64,000 bases of DNA from a virus (lineage: Duplodnaviria; Caudoviricetes), in the IMG/VR virus record IMGVR_UViG_3300044557_000281, positions 1 through 64,000 of that record, one strand, 5' to 3'. This document shows positions 50,488 through 60,325 of this stretch, in pieces. Made by a program: the position numbers and the translations under genes. The notes under the pieces were generated by a model, which worked only from the letters and a program-made list of their open reading frames with translations, searched no databases and was not told the origin of the DNA. How positions within the stretch are numbered: position 1 is the stretch's first letter; each line of letters opens with the position of its first letter.

Positions 50488-51209
50488 TTAATCCCTCCTT
50501 TTTTAAAGTGTTGAATTTTAATCACTTTATTCGAGAACCGTCTATGGTAAATGAAGTTATCACAAAATAGTTTATTGGCTCCCTCTTCCCCTACACGTTT
50601 AATGAGGGATTTTATAACCAATGTTTTACTCATGTCACGACCAATTACTTTCCTTTCATAGGAAGGCATTGACGTTTGACTTTTAAAACTCCGGTAAGTT
50701 AAGTCATTGGCTTTTGCTATAGCATGGGCTGGCTTCCTAAACATGCCATAAGTGGCTACTAGTTCTGCTTTCCATAAAATATCTAATGTGTTGAACACAT
50801 TCTTGTACGGGCTTAGTCGAGTAGGTCTGTAAATTCCTAACATAGGCTTCCCTTTGAACTCAATGTACGAGATAATACCTACGTGCGTGTGTTGGTAGCG
50901 TTTTAGTATCTGTTCTACCTTTTCTACATGGTCGTCATGACAAAGTACATACACGTAGTCACACACCTTTTCATAGTTGTGCAACTGTTTGTTTAACCGA
51001 TTCGTAGTATCACGTTCGGTCTTGATTTCTACCCCTATGACCCCCTTTTTCTCGGTACAGATTAAAGCGTCCATAATGGTTTTTCCACGCATAATTGCCT
51101 TTTCAAACACAATAGCAGACTTCCCAATATCCCCAAAAATATCTTCATTCACTAATAGGGAATCTTTAATATCTTGCTCTAAAAACTTAGTCAAATTTAA
51201 TCCCACCAA
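50484..51209 (-). CDS. PD-(D/E)xK-like protein (sce7726-like)
   Basis: FEKAI..IMDAL..GVEIKTERD...LNKQL.NY. Confidence 0.65.
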   Translation of the reverse strand: MVGLNLTKFLEQDIKDSLLVNEDIFGDIGKSAIVFEKAIMRGKTIMDALICTEKKGVIGVEIKTERDTTNRLNKQLHNYEKVCDYVYVLCHDDHVEKVEQILKRYQHTHVGIISYIEFKGKPMLGIYRPTRLSPYKNVFNTLDILWKAELVATYGMFRKPAHAIAKANDLTYRSFKSQTSMPSYERKVIGRDMSKTLVIKSLIKRVGEEGANKLFCDNFIYHRRFSNKVIKIQHFKKGGIK

Positions 51210-51756
51210 ACCAGATTTGTTTATTCACTAGATATTTCTCAATAGCGTCTGATAAATCTACTACGGCAGTGAACCATTCAATGGAGTCAAATGAGATAAA
51301 GACCCCTGTACGATTGCCTTGTTCTAAGGTTTTACCATCCGCTAAAATTCTGTCTTGGGTACGTTCATAAAACCCTTTTCCTAAGTGTCCGGTGAAAGTG
51401 TCTTGTCCGAAATACACCATATCCATGAACAAAGGTGGGTAATCATGATTACGGTATTGCTTCTTAACCCCTTTAAGGGTATTAGCAAGTTGCCCTAGTA
51501 GTGTGTCTTGCCGATAAGCTAATTTATATTCTTTTTGTACAAAAGCTTTGATTGGTGGCATTGCATTTGGCTGTGCTTTAAACACAGAAATCATTTCTAT
51601 ATCTTGAGCTTCTCCTACTACTTCCACTATATATAACGGGCGTTCTTTATTGGTGACACAGGTTTTTCCTTGTAAGCGCATTTCATAAATAACGCCCCTA
51701 CGGATTAATTTAGGGGCGTTGGTTAGGTCTACAAGGGCTTTGTTGTTTTCTTCCAA
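51187..51756 (-). CDS. Conserved hypothetical protein
   Basis: 189 aa. Confidence 0.65.
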   Translation of the reverse strand: MEENNKALVDLTNAPKLIRRGVIYEMRLQGKTCVTNKERPLYIVEVVGEAQDIEMISVFKAQPNAMPPIKAFVQKEYKLAYRQDTLLGQLANTLKGVKKQYRNHDYPPLFMDMVYFGQDTFTGHLGKGFYERTQDRILADGKTLEQGNRTGVFISFDSIEWFTAVVDLSDAIEKYLVNKQIWFGGIKFD

Positions 51757-51762
51757 CTAACA

Positions 51763-52131
51763 TCAGTCCTTCATGTTTTTTGCTGTACGTTGTACAATAT
51801 ATCGTATCATAAGTGTTTTAATAACAGTGAGTAAGAAGCGTGTCACCAAGTCCTGAATGATTAATAACAGTACAACTACTAAAATAATAATCATAGATGG
51901 TGCATGACTTACTGCACTATCTAAGATAAAGTGGGTCATAATCGGTTTTAAAATAGTAGAAGTTAAAATAACTTTAATAATGAACTCTAAGACTAGGAAC
52001 ACATAAGAACTAGTCGGCAACGGGCTTCCACCCTCTGCTACCACTTCTCGTTCTCTATGCACGGTAACAGAATAGCCACGCAACATATTAAAGATTAATA
52101 CGGCATAGACCACATTGAATATATTTTGCAA
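51763..52131 (-). CDS. Conserved membrane protein
   Basis: Three TM helices. Confidence 0.6.
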   Translation of the reverse strand: MQNIFNVVYAVLIFNMLRGYSVTVHREREVVAEGGSPLPTSSYVFLVLEFIIKVILTSTILKPIMTHFILDSAVSHAPSMIIILVVVLLLIIQDLVTRFLLTVIKTLMIRYIVQRTAKNMKD

Positions 52132-52134
52132 AAT

Positions 52135-52497
52135 TTAGTCTTCCTCCTTATCTCGTTGAGTAATCGTCCACTCGTGTTTATAAGGAATAGGGATTGTAAA
52201 CATTGGTCTAAATATTGGTTTAGTTGACAACATTTGAATGAAGTCCTCGAAAGTATCTACATACACAGTGCCATTAGCCCCTATAGAGATAATATCTCCA
52301 ATGTAAGCAGTTCTGGTTACACCATCTACTGGTTGTAACTTAATCATAGTAGAGAACACTCCTAGCCCCAATAAGCGCCAATTAGAATGACTTAAATCAA
52401 GTAAAATGTCTGCATTATCTATCAGCTCACTGGTCACTAAGTAGGTGGTTACTCTTTCCCCTAAACGGGTACACGTTGTGGTTAGCTCTTGTCTCAT
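52135..52497 (-). CDS. Hypothetical protein
   Basis: 120 aa with RBS. Confidence 0.6.
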   Translation of the reverse strand: MRQELTTTCTRLGERVTTYLVTSELIDNADILLDLSHSNWRLLGLGVFSTMIKLQPVDGVTRTAYIGDIISIGANGTVYVDTFEDFIQMLSTKPIFRPMFTIPIPYKHEWTITQRDKEED

Positions 52498-52509
52498 AAG
52501 TTTTCTCCT

Positions 52510-53763
52510 TTATTTAAGAAATACGGTATGTTGTACAATGCCATCTAAATCTTTTCCTAAGACAAACATAGTCTGGCTAGGTGTTGTTTCTGGTAGTTTT
52601 AACTCTTTCGAGTAGTTGTTGGCTCCCATTGTGCTTGAGCAGACAATTTGTAACCGTTCATAATCTTCTTGTTGTACAGAATAATTATGCACGTGACCAG
52701 TAAGTAGAATATCTATTGGGTGGTCTTTCATTACTTTTGTAATGTTATCTCCTTTTCCTTTTAAATGGTCTCCGTGGTCTACGGCTATTGTTTTTCCACA
52801 CGAGGTATACTCGGCGTAGTAAACATCTTTTCTATTATCATAAATCGTGACGTTTTGTAATGACCCAAGTTCTTGTGCTAATAACAAGCTATCTAAGATT
52901 AAGTAGCCGGCATTGTCATTGTAAACTGCGTCTTTCTTATTGCCTTGAAAACGGTCGTGATTGCCACCTACCATATAATAATTCGTGGTTGTGAGTTGTG
53001 ACACGTCTGTTAGAAAATCTAAAAGAAGTCTGGTGGCTTTGGCTATCTGCTCTGTTGCCGGAAACTCTGCTTCAAATGCTTGGTTCACATTCCGCATATT
53101 AATATGTTCGATAGTGTCCCCTAAGTTTACTACATTTATCTTAGTGACTTGATAAAGTTTTGCTATCTTCACAATCTGTTCTTGGTATTGATTAAGGCGG
53201 TCTCTTAGCTTAGTGAAGTTATAACCGCCTGTTCTGGTGTTGTAAACTAACGCTCCTACGTGCCAATCAGATAACATAACTGTCAGTTCACGTTCAGCGC
53301 CCTTAGCTTGCGTTCTAAGCGGTTTTAATGGTTTAGATGGAAGAATACACAGACCATCCTTAAAAGCGCTTAGAAGCTGTTTTCTGGACTCCTCAACGAG
53401 TAATTGTAAATAAGTTCCTTCACGTTGTAGTTTATTAAACTCTCGTTTATCTGCTAAGACTTTTTCATGTGTAATAGCATAAGGGGAAATAAGACTATCC
53501 ACTTGTTCTTCTAACCCTATTTTAAGGTCGTCTAGTGTATAAGTACCTTGCATAAAGTCCATGAATACTTCACTATAAAGTGGTTTAGTATTCACTAACG
53601 CCATCAGGTCTTGGGCTTCTTCTTTATTAATCTTATCCAGATTAAATTCCTCACCTATTTTATTAATTTTAGGTAGGTTAGCTTTCCCAAATGTTTTTAC
53701 ACAGTAACCAATGATAGCTACTGTTGTGTAGTCTTCATTGGCTTTAATTGCTTTAATGTCCAA
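52510..53763 (-). CDS. Metallophosphoesterase / exonuclease subunit
   Basis: SDWHVG; LGDTIE; GGNHDR; DHGD; GHVH. Confidence 0.8.
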   Translation of the reverse strand: MDIKAIKANEDYTTVAIIGYCVKTFGKANLPKINKIGEEFNLDKINKEEAQDLMALVNTKPLYSEVFMDFMQGTYTLDDLKIGLEEQVDSLISPYAITHEKVLADKREFNKLQREGTYLQLLVEESRKQLLSAFKDGLCILPSKPLKPLRTQAKGAERELTVMLSDWHVGALVYNTRTGGYNFTKLRDRLNQYQEQIVKIAKLYQVTKINVVNLGDTIEHINMRNVNQAFEAEFPATEQIAKATRLLLDFLTDVSQLTTTNYYMVGGNHDRFQGNKKDAVYNDNAGYLILDSLLLAQELGSLQNVTIYDNRKDVYYAEYTSCGKTIAVDHGDHLKGKGDNITKVMKDHPIDILLTGHVHNYSVQQEDYERLQIVCSSTMGANNYSKELKLPETTPSQTMFVLGKDLDGIVQHTVFLK

Positions 53764-53832
53764 GTTAAATCCTCCAGTTGTATGTTATAAACTAAGTATA
53801 GCACACTCCCGTTTGTTTCCTTTATCTATAGT

Positions 53833-54720
53833 TTAGAATAGTTGTAAAGTATTGTTAATAGCAGAAGCCATCATATCTACTGTATTGTCTAACCAACACA
53901 CAGCCGTATGCTGTTTTCCTTTAGCACTAGGCGTAAGTAATTTGCCATATGCCACAGCACTCACTTCACCGTAGGCGCGAATAGTGAACATATCCTGTTT
54001 TCCCGAATGACTTCCAAGGAATACAACACCGCTCTCATTATCAGCTTGCTTCATAGAGGTCATTAACAGATGAGCCAACTCATTGTTGTACCGTTCATTG
54101 TACGTCACACCCACTAAGACTTTTGAATTAGTGTGGAAATAGCTTACACGGTTAGGTTTATTAGCTAAGTCCATACAATAGTCATAGACTTGTTTCCCCC
54201 GTGAGTGTATTAAGTAGTTTAATGTACTGAATGGTGAGGCTTCATTGTTTGCTAAAACACTCCACCAATGAACACTGTTTTCTTCTAATGAGTAGTGTAG
54301 CCCTACAGCAGAAACAAATAATGGGTCTTCTGTCTTGTACGCATGGTACATTTGAATAAGGTTAAGAAATAACTCCATCCTTTTCTGGCTGTTATAATCA
54401 AAGTGAAAGAAGTTTCTTTGGTTTAACCACTCATATAGTAAGACTGTTGGGGATAGTCTTTCATGGTAGAGGTCTTGGTAATTAGTTGGTGGTCTGGTTT
54501 TAGATTCCTCACCATATGACCCTACCCGTAATATTTGCTTGGCGTACTCTACTTGGTTCCATTCCGTTTTGTCAAAATAAGAGTTCCCAGTAATGACTAT
54601 ATCTTCTGTCCCTATTAAGCTAGTGCTCTCTAGTGGTAACACAGGAACTTCGGTATAGTTTGCAATAATAGTTAGCTCTTTTGTTAGCGTGGCTTTTGTT
54701 TGTTTAATATAGATGGTCAT
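53833..54720 (-). CDS. DHH/DHHA1-like phosphoesterase-fold protein (degenerate)
   Basis: C-terminal FTIR..SAV.YG..AKGK; likely start MTIYIKQ at 54720. Confidence 0.5.
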   Translation of the reverse strand: MTIYIKQTKATLTKELTIIANYTEVPVLPLESTSLIGTEDIVITGNSYFDKTEWNQVEYAKQILRVGSYGEESKTRPPTNYQDLYHERLSPTVLLYEWLNQRNFFHFDYNSQKRMELFLNLIQMYHAYKTEDPLFVSAVGLHYSLEENSVHWWSVLANNEASPFSTLNYLIHSRGKQVYDYCMDLANKPNRVSYFHTNSKVLVGVTYNERYNNELAHLLMTSMKQADNESGVVFLGSHSGKQDMFTIRAYGEVSAVAYGKLLTPSAKGKQHTAVCWLDNTVDMMASAINNTLQLF

Positions 54721-55054
54721 TATAATTTGCCCTCCTTTGGTCTTATTATAACTCTTGTTTTGATTAAAGTAAAGCCATAATCTTATTATTTTCATTTGTT
54801 TCGGTGGACTGTAAGAGATGTCCGTATACTCGTTGTACCATAGAGGTGTCTGTATGTCCTAAACGCTTAGCTACCACCTGTAATGAAATTCCTTTGGGTG
54901 AACTACTCACCACTTAGCTAAACCTAACGGTTTCTTACGCTTGAAGTGGGAGCTTCTTGGGAATAGAGCGTACTTGCAAGCGTATTTCTTTGCTCACAGC
55001 GGTGTCTCTTATTTACCAAGCTATCCCCGTAGTTCCTACGGTTCTTGATTGTAC

Positions 55055-56206
55055 CTAAGCTAATGATTGTATTCTTAGACCTTCGGTCAAGATATTGATA
55101 CTAGCGTTGATGTCTCGGTCGTGTTGAGTATGACAAATAGGGCAAGTCCATTCTCGAATATCAAGAGATTTCTTACCATCTTTGTGTCCACAATTCGAAC
55201 AGATTTGGCTAGATGGAAACCACTTATCTACTTTGATGATTTTCCGACCGTACCAGTCAGCTTTGTATTGTAATTTAGTCACAAAACTAGACCAAGAAAC
55301 ATCCGAAATACTTTTTGCTAGTTTATGATTACGCAACATACCTTTTGTGTTTAAGTCTTCAATACAGATGATATCGTGATTTTTGATAATTTCTGTACTC
55401 AACTTATTCAGAAAATCAGTACGTTGATTCATTACTTTTTCATGCAATCGTGCTACTTTTCGTTTTTGCTTTTGGTAGTTTTTAGCTTCGAATAGATTGA
55501 TACCTTTCTTTTTAGCTAAAAGACCGCGTCTTGACAACTTACATTGTTCACGTTTTAGTTTCTTTTCCATTTTGGATGTGAATTTATTATTATCAATTTT
55601 TTGTCCGTCAGAAAGAATTGCAAAGTCAGTAATACCTAAGTCAATACCAATCGCAGACTTCATCTTAGGTAATTCGTTAACTTCTTCTTTGCATAACAGA
55701 GAAACATAGTATTTACCGCTAGAATGACGTGAGATTGTAGCGGACTTGATAATCCCTTTAGGCTGTCTATGAAGTTTAATTTTGATTAATGATTTTAATT
55801 TAGGAACTTTGATAAGTCTATTATCAATCAAAGAAATTGTTCCATTTTGATTATTCGTTGTATAACTCTGAACAGGATTTTTCTTACTCTTGAAACGAGG
55901 AAATCCAATGGATTTATCCCGAAAGAAATTCTTGTATGCTTTATCTAAATTAAGTTGTGCATTGGCTAAAGCAAGGCTATCAACTTCCTTCAAAAACGGA
56001 AATTCTTTCTTGTATTTAGCAGGTGTCGGAAAAGTCATTGTTTTAGAAGAATCATTTTTTACTTCTTCATACGCCTTTATTCGGTCATTAAGCATTAGAT
56101 TGTAGACCTTACGGATGCAACCAAAAGACTTAGCAAAGAAAATTTCTTGTTCTTCTGTTGGATATAATCTAAACTTATATGCTTTTAGTCGTTCCATAAG
56201 GCTCAC
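55055..56206 (-). CDS. tnpB: RNA-guided nuclease TnpB
   Basis: GIDLG; CIEDL; CSNC/CPIC; DRDINAS. Confidence 0.93.
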   Translation of the reverse strand: MSLMERLKAYKFRLYPTEEQEIFFAKSFGCIRKVYNLMLNDRIKAYEEVKNDSSKTMTFPTPAKYKKEFPFLKEVDSLALANAQLNLDKAYKNFFRDKSIGFPRFKSKKNPVQSYTTNNQNGTISLIDNRLIKVPKLKSLIKIKLHRQPKGIIKSATISRHSSGKYYVSLLCKEEVNELPKMKSAIGIDLGITDFAILSDGQKIDNNKFTSKMEKKLKREQCKLSRRGLLAKKKGINLFEAKNYQKQKRKVARLHEKVMNQRTDFLNKLSTEIIKNHDIICIEDLNTKGMLRNHKLAKSISDVSWSSFVTKLQYKADWYGRKIIKVDKWFPSSQICSNCGHKDGKKSLDIREWTCPICHTQHDRDINASINILTEGLRIQSLA

Positions 56207-56213
56207 CTACTTT

Positions 56214-56618
56214 CTATTTATGATTATTCCCTTGATTCTGAATATATTTCTTTATAACGTCAATCGGTGCACCACCAGTAGTCAAAAGACAGAAGCTTTT
56301 AGACCAGAACATTTCCTTCCAGAGAAATTGTTTTACTCTTGGAAAGTCACGTTTTATCAAACGAGAACTAGCACTTTTATAGGCATTGATGAATTTTGTT
56401 AATTCCGTTTTTGGTTGAGCTTTGAACATGATGTGAATATGGTCTTTATCATGATTCCACTCAACTAAAGTAATGTGATACGATTTTGAAATTCTTTCAA
56501 AAGTATCTTTAGCATAATCAGATATTTCATCATCAATCACTTGTCTACGATACTTCGTTACTAAAACAAGGTGGTAATAAAGAAGGAATACTGAATGATT
56601 ATTTGTGTCTAATTCCAT
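56214..56618 (-). CDS. tnpA: IS200/IS605 Y1 transposase
   Basis: YHLVLVTKYR; DHIH; FWSKSF; YIQNQ. Confidence 0.93.
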   Translation of the reverse strand: MELDTNNHSVFLLYYHLVLVTKYRRQVIDDEISDYAKDTFERISKSYHITLVEWNHDKDHIHIMFKAQPKTELTKFINAYKSASSRLIKRDFPRVKQFLWKEMFWSKSFCLLTTGGAPIDVIKKYIQNQGNNHK

Positions 56619-56962
56619 GTTATATCAACTCATTTCTTATATAGACTGATTATAACATAAGATAAAATAAAAAGTCAATATTGCCTTAACTGTCGGTTTT
56701 CGAGTTACCAACGGTAACCCTTATACTGAACGGCATTCATCACCCACCTATAGAGGATGGGCGACTTCTGCCTAATTCTGTTAAAAGGTAGGAAGCATGT
56801 GTATGGCGTAATTTATGGAACGCTGACACTCCACACGACTAAAGTCGTGGGGTTCTTAGGTAGTACACCCTAACAGGTGCAAATTTACTAAGCTATCCCC
56901 GAAAGTCCTTCGGTTTTAATATTTACGCTTGTCCAAGATAATATAACGGGGTATAGAACCCT

Positions 56963-57100
56963 ATATGTGGGTGCTACTACGATAAAAGATTCGTTTATAT
57001 ATAAGAAAGGGTTTGTAGGGTCTATCTCCACACTAGGTAGAGATAGCTTTTCTACAAACCTCTTAACATTGCCTGTTAAACTTAAGTAGGCAACTAACAT
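56963..57100 (-). pseudogene. nrdI: nrdI 5' fragment
   Basis: AYLSLTGNVKRFVEKL...FIVVAPTY, then fuses to the IS right-end sequence. Confidence 0.75.
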
Positions 57101-57102
57101 AT

Positions 57103-57333
57103 TTAAACTGCCAACTTAGCAATCAAGTCAGGTCTAAACCCTGAGAATGGCTCTCCTACAGGAGGGACTACGAAAGGTGCCTCCATAGCACCTTGGTTGA
57201 CCGCCTCTTCTCTATACTCGTCATTAAGGTCAATATGTCTCTCTTCATACTCTAACCCTAATTTTTCTAACTCTTTCTTAGTAAAGGTACATTGTCCGCA
57301 CCCTGCCTTAGAATATACAATAACTTTACTCAT
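57103..57333 (-). CDS. nrdH: NrdH-like glutaredoxin
   Basis: VYSKAGCGQC; GFRPD. Confidence 0.85.
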   Translation of the reverse strand: MSKVIVYSKAGCGQCTFTKKELEKLGLEYEERHIDLNDEYREEAVNQGAMEAPFVVPPVGEPFSGFRPDLIAKLAV

Positions 57334-57349
57334 TCAAAACCACCCTTAT

Positions 57350-58069
57350 TTAATGTATTACTTTATATAATCTTTCTGTCCTACCTCTATTTGAATTGTT
57401 TATGGATGATACCCCTATAGTCACCTCTTTGCACCAAAACTCCTCAAAAATGTCCTCAGGCATATCATACTCACTAATAAGCACTGTGTTATTCTCTGCC
57501 ATTTGTACACACCACTCATAAAATTCATTATGAGAAAATGTGTCCCGATAACCTAAGGTACTTTTATAGGGAGGGTCACAATAAATAACGGCACCCGATA
57601 CTGTTTTAGGGTCATAGTCCTTATACGAGCCTAACCCAAATTTTATACCCTTTAAGTTAGGAGCTTGGTTAATAATATTACGTATACCTTCACTAGACAT
57701 GTCACGTTTACCCTTTCTGTCTCTAGCAAACCCGCCAAAGTATTTAGCCCCAAATGTAGCACAAAAACCTACTAAGCCAACGTACCAATCAGGGTAGCTA
57801 TTCTTATTATCCCTAACATTGATATACTCGTCCTCAGTTATCGTACTAGGTAAGTTACTAATATTGTCCTCGTCTTGGACATAAACAAGTAGTGCAATAA
57901 GTTTCTCATGAACATCCGTCCCTATCTTAACTGGACTCTTAATCTTATCAATCATATTAGCCCCTCCAACGAAGGGCTCTATGTACATTGTAGTATCCTC
58001 CGTTATATATGATTGAATTATTGGTGCTATTTGTTTACTCAGCCTGTTTTTACTTCCTACGTATTTCAT
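57350..58069 (-). CDS. Dam-family N6-adenine DNA methyltransferase
   Basis: YVGSKNRL; EPFVGGA; YCDPPY; ISEY. Confidence 0.88.
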   Translation of the reverse strand: MKYVGSKNRLSKQIAPIIQSYITEDTTMYIEPFVGGANMIDKIKSPVKIGTDVHEKLIALLVYVQDEDNISNLPSTITEDEYINVRDNKNSYPDWYVGLVGFCATFGAKYFGGFARDRKGKRDMSSEGIRNIINQAPNLKGIKFGLGSYKDYDPKTVSGAVIYCDPPYKSTLGYRDTFSHNEFYEWCVQMAENNTVLISEYDMPEDIFEEFWCKEVTIGVSSINNSNRGRTERLYKVIH

Positions 58070-58079
58070 GTTAAACCTC

Positions 58080-59045
58080 CTAGATAAAGTCGTCTGAAAA
58101 TACTTTGTCCACTAACTCTGTTAAGTAGTTTAAAGTTATTTCACCGTCATTTTCTTCTAACCACTCATTATAAGCGGAAAGGAACCACAGCATGTAGGTT
58201 GTGTCCACTCCGATTAATTGCTCCCTTAAAACGTCAGGGTTTTTCAAATCTAACTCTTGTAGCTGAAATACCATTTTAAGAATCTGACCTGCGTTAACAG
58301 AGAACCCTCTTTGAATAAACTTACGCATACGGAATAGAGAACATAGTGGAAACTTAGAACCTGTGTATACTAGCTCATGAGTCATCATAGACACAAGGGC
58401 TTCCTTAGGTAAACCTAATTCTTTTTCTTTAGGGTCATACCAACAAGTACAATGAACGAAATCAAAGTTCTCATGTATTTGTTCAGGAGAACCAACAAAC
58501 CTCAATATAAGCTGTACTTTACCTGTTAAACTAATTGCGTTGTCTGTAAAATACACTGGTTTGTGTCTAGTTTCCTCAGTGTCCTCCACATTAGTATCTT
58601 CATCAGTTGTAGGTTTCAAGTCCTCATTTTTAAGTAACTCAGTATCTTGTGCCACACCTGACGATTTTATAAATACTTTTATCGGGTCAGTTGCTCCTTT
58701 AAATTTATGTGCGTCTGCCACATCAATATCTACACTCTCGCCTTCTCCTCCATATCCCTCTACGGAGGACGTTGTAATATCAGCATACTGTAGTTTAACT
58801 GATTCTTTGTTTTTCTTTTTATTAAACATTTTAGCATAGTAATCTGCGACTATAATAGCTGAGTACGTGTCCCTAAAGTATATATCTAGGTCGTTCAAAT
58901 CACCTACCATAAGTAAGCTAGCAACAGCACCTCCTGTTACGAATGTGCCGTCTTTAGCTACTTTTCTTACTTCTTCGTCTGTTATAGATTCTAGCCATGC
59001 TTTGTGTTTTCTACCTATAATGCTTTTTACAGTTTTAGTTTTCAT
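58080..59045 (-). CDS. Putative nucleotidyltransferase-fold phage protein
   Basis: GGAVASLL..DLDIYF; FDFVHC; RMRKFIQRGF. Confidence 0.55.
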   Translation of the reverse strand: MKTKTVKSIIGRKHKAWLESITDEEVRKVAKDGTFVTGGAVASLLMVGDLNDLDIYFRDTYSAIIVADYYAKMFNKKKNKESVKLQYADITTSSVEGYGGEGESVDIDVADAHKFKGATDPIKVFIKSSGVAQDTELLKNEDLKPTTDEDTNVEDTEETRHKPVYFTDNAISLTGKVQLILRFVGSPEQIHENFDFVHCTCWYDPKEKELGLPKEALVSMMTHELVYTGSKFPLCSLFRMRKFIQRGFSVNAGQILKMVFQLQELDLKNPDVLREQLIGVDTTYMLWFLSAYNEWLEENDGEITLNYLTELVDKVFSDDFI

Positions 59046-59107
59046 AATTATCTCCTTTTATCATATTTTAATTAATAATACCATAAAAGAGATAATTTGT
59101 CAACTAA

Positions 59108-59187
59108 TTACTTTATATGTTTAACTCTAGCGTCAATCTCTTTTTTACGACCATACGCATTAGGTCTAGCTTGTGGTTGTCCTAAAT
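59108..59187 (-). pseudogene. nrdD: Second nrdD terminal exon (80 nt)
   Basis: (Y)LGQPQARPNAYGRKKEIDARVKHIK*; same phase and length as exon 17951-18030. Confidence 0.85.
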
Positions 59188-60325
59188 CCTTTATACCCTC
59201 GGTTTCCCGATATTTATTAGGGGCATAGACTATACAATCACCTAAACGGTGGCTATATTATAGTCGTTGAACGTTATCTATGGTTAACTTTTTATATTTT
59301 TCATATTTACGGTCTAGATACACAGTAGCATTCCTGTACAGTATAGTTAACGCCATTCTAGCGTTGTTACCTCCTAGAGAGATATAGAAAATACCTTTAG
59401 CCCTGTATAACTGACTTTTAGACTTTGGTGCAATTATCGGCTTAACCACTGACAAGAGTTGTTCAGTACCTAGCATAGAAAACCTAACTCCTGATTTGCT
59501 GTTGTATACTGAACCATCTCCATCGAAGTAACCTCTAATAAAGTGGTTAACTAGATTATCGTCTAGTTTAGGAAACTTTAGTGTTTTACTTTTGTTGGGT
59601 GTTAGCCCCTTGTCTAGTAAGTCATTATACATTTTTCTACTAGTAATGTTTAGTACACAATACTTGTAGTCTTCACCGCTGTATGAGCTACTATTGCTAG
59701 TATACACATGAATAGGGATGTTACTGCTTAAACTTGAGTTTAATTTGTGTAAGTGGTCTATATCCTTTACAGATAACTTCACGCCTATAACTTTCCCGTT
59801 AGTAACGTACCCATCAGCCATGAGAAAACCTAACCAGTAAGCTTTATGCTCTGTGTTTATAACCTCAAAGTAGTCGTCATCCCAAGTATAAACCTTACCA
59901 TTAGACTCTACCCCTCTAATAGAAATGTTATTCTCTAGTAGCACTCTCTTTATTACAGATGTGCTTACTGAAAACTTACTGGCTATTGCTTGTTGACTAC
60001 TTCCTGCATTGTAACTTGTTAGTATAATTTCTATATCTTTATCCGTAAATATTTTCTTTTTTACCACATGTGTACCTCCTATAAGTTAGTTATACTTATA
60101 ATATAGCACAATGGAGTTTAACTGAGCCATAAATCTTCGATGCGGATTTCCCATTTATCCACCCTTAGCACCTTTGTGACAAGGCTTTTATTTCAGCTTA
60201 GGTAATCTAACTAATTTTTTCTGCTTTCGCAACGTTCACGCTCACCGTTTCCAGTCACGTTGTAATTTAGTTAGCTTTACGTATTTCCAGCAATTCAGTT
60301 TCTTCATTGGGCAATATGAGTTTTT
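59188..60325 (-). ncRNA. Group I intron lacking its 5' exon (cognate to the nrdD-N5 site)
   Basis: P7 GACUA/UAGUC; P9 shared with N5; terminal G; IGS GCCCA at 60312-60308. Confidence 0.75.
59258..60067 (-). CDS. Intron-encoded two-motif LAGLIDADG endonuclease with N-terminal HTH
   Basis: AYWLGFLMADGYV; HFIRGYFDGDGSV; LDRKYEKY. Confidence 0.85.
   Translation of the reverse strand: MVKKKIFTDKDIEIILTSYNAGSSQQAIASKFSVSTSVIKRVLLENNISIRGVESNGKVYTWDDDYFEVINTEHKAYWLGFLMADGYVTNGKVIGVKLSVKDIDHLHKLNSSLSSNIPIHVYTSNSSSYSGEDYKYCVLNITSRKMYNDLLDKGLTPNKSKTLKFPKLDDNLVNHFIRGYFDGDGSVYNSKSGVRFSMLGTEQLLSVVKPIIAPKSKSQLYRAKGIFYISLGGNNARMALTILYRNATVYLDRKYEKYKKLTIDNVQRL

Larger units (their letters stand above)
54898..56780 (-). 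mobile_element. Complete IS605 (ISEfa4-like) inserted in the recombinase
   Basis: Target TTTAA, right end TCAC; tnpA + tnpB + omegaRNA; excision restores LLTKGISLQ. Confidence 0.9.
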
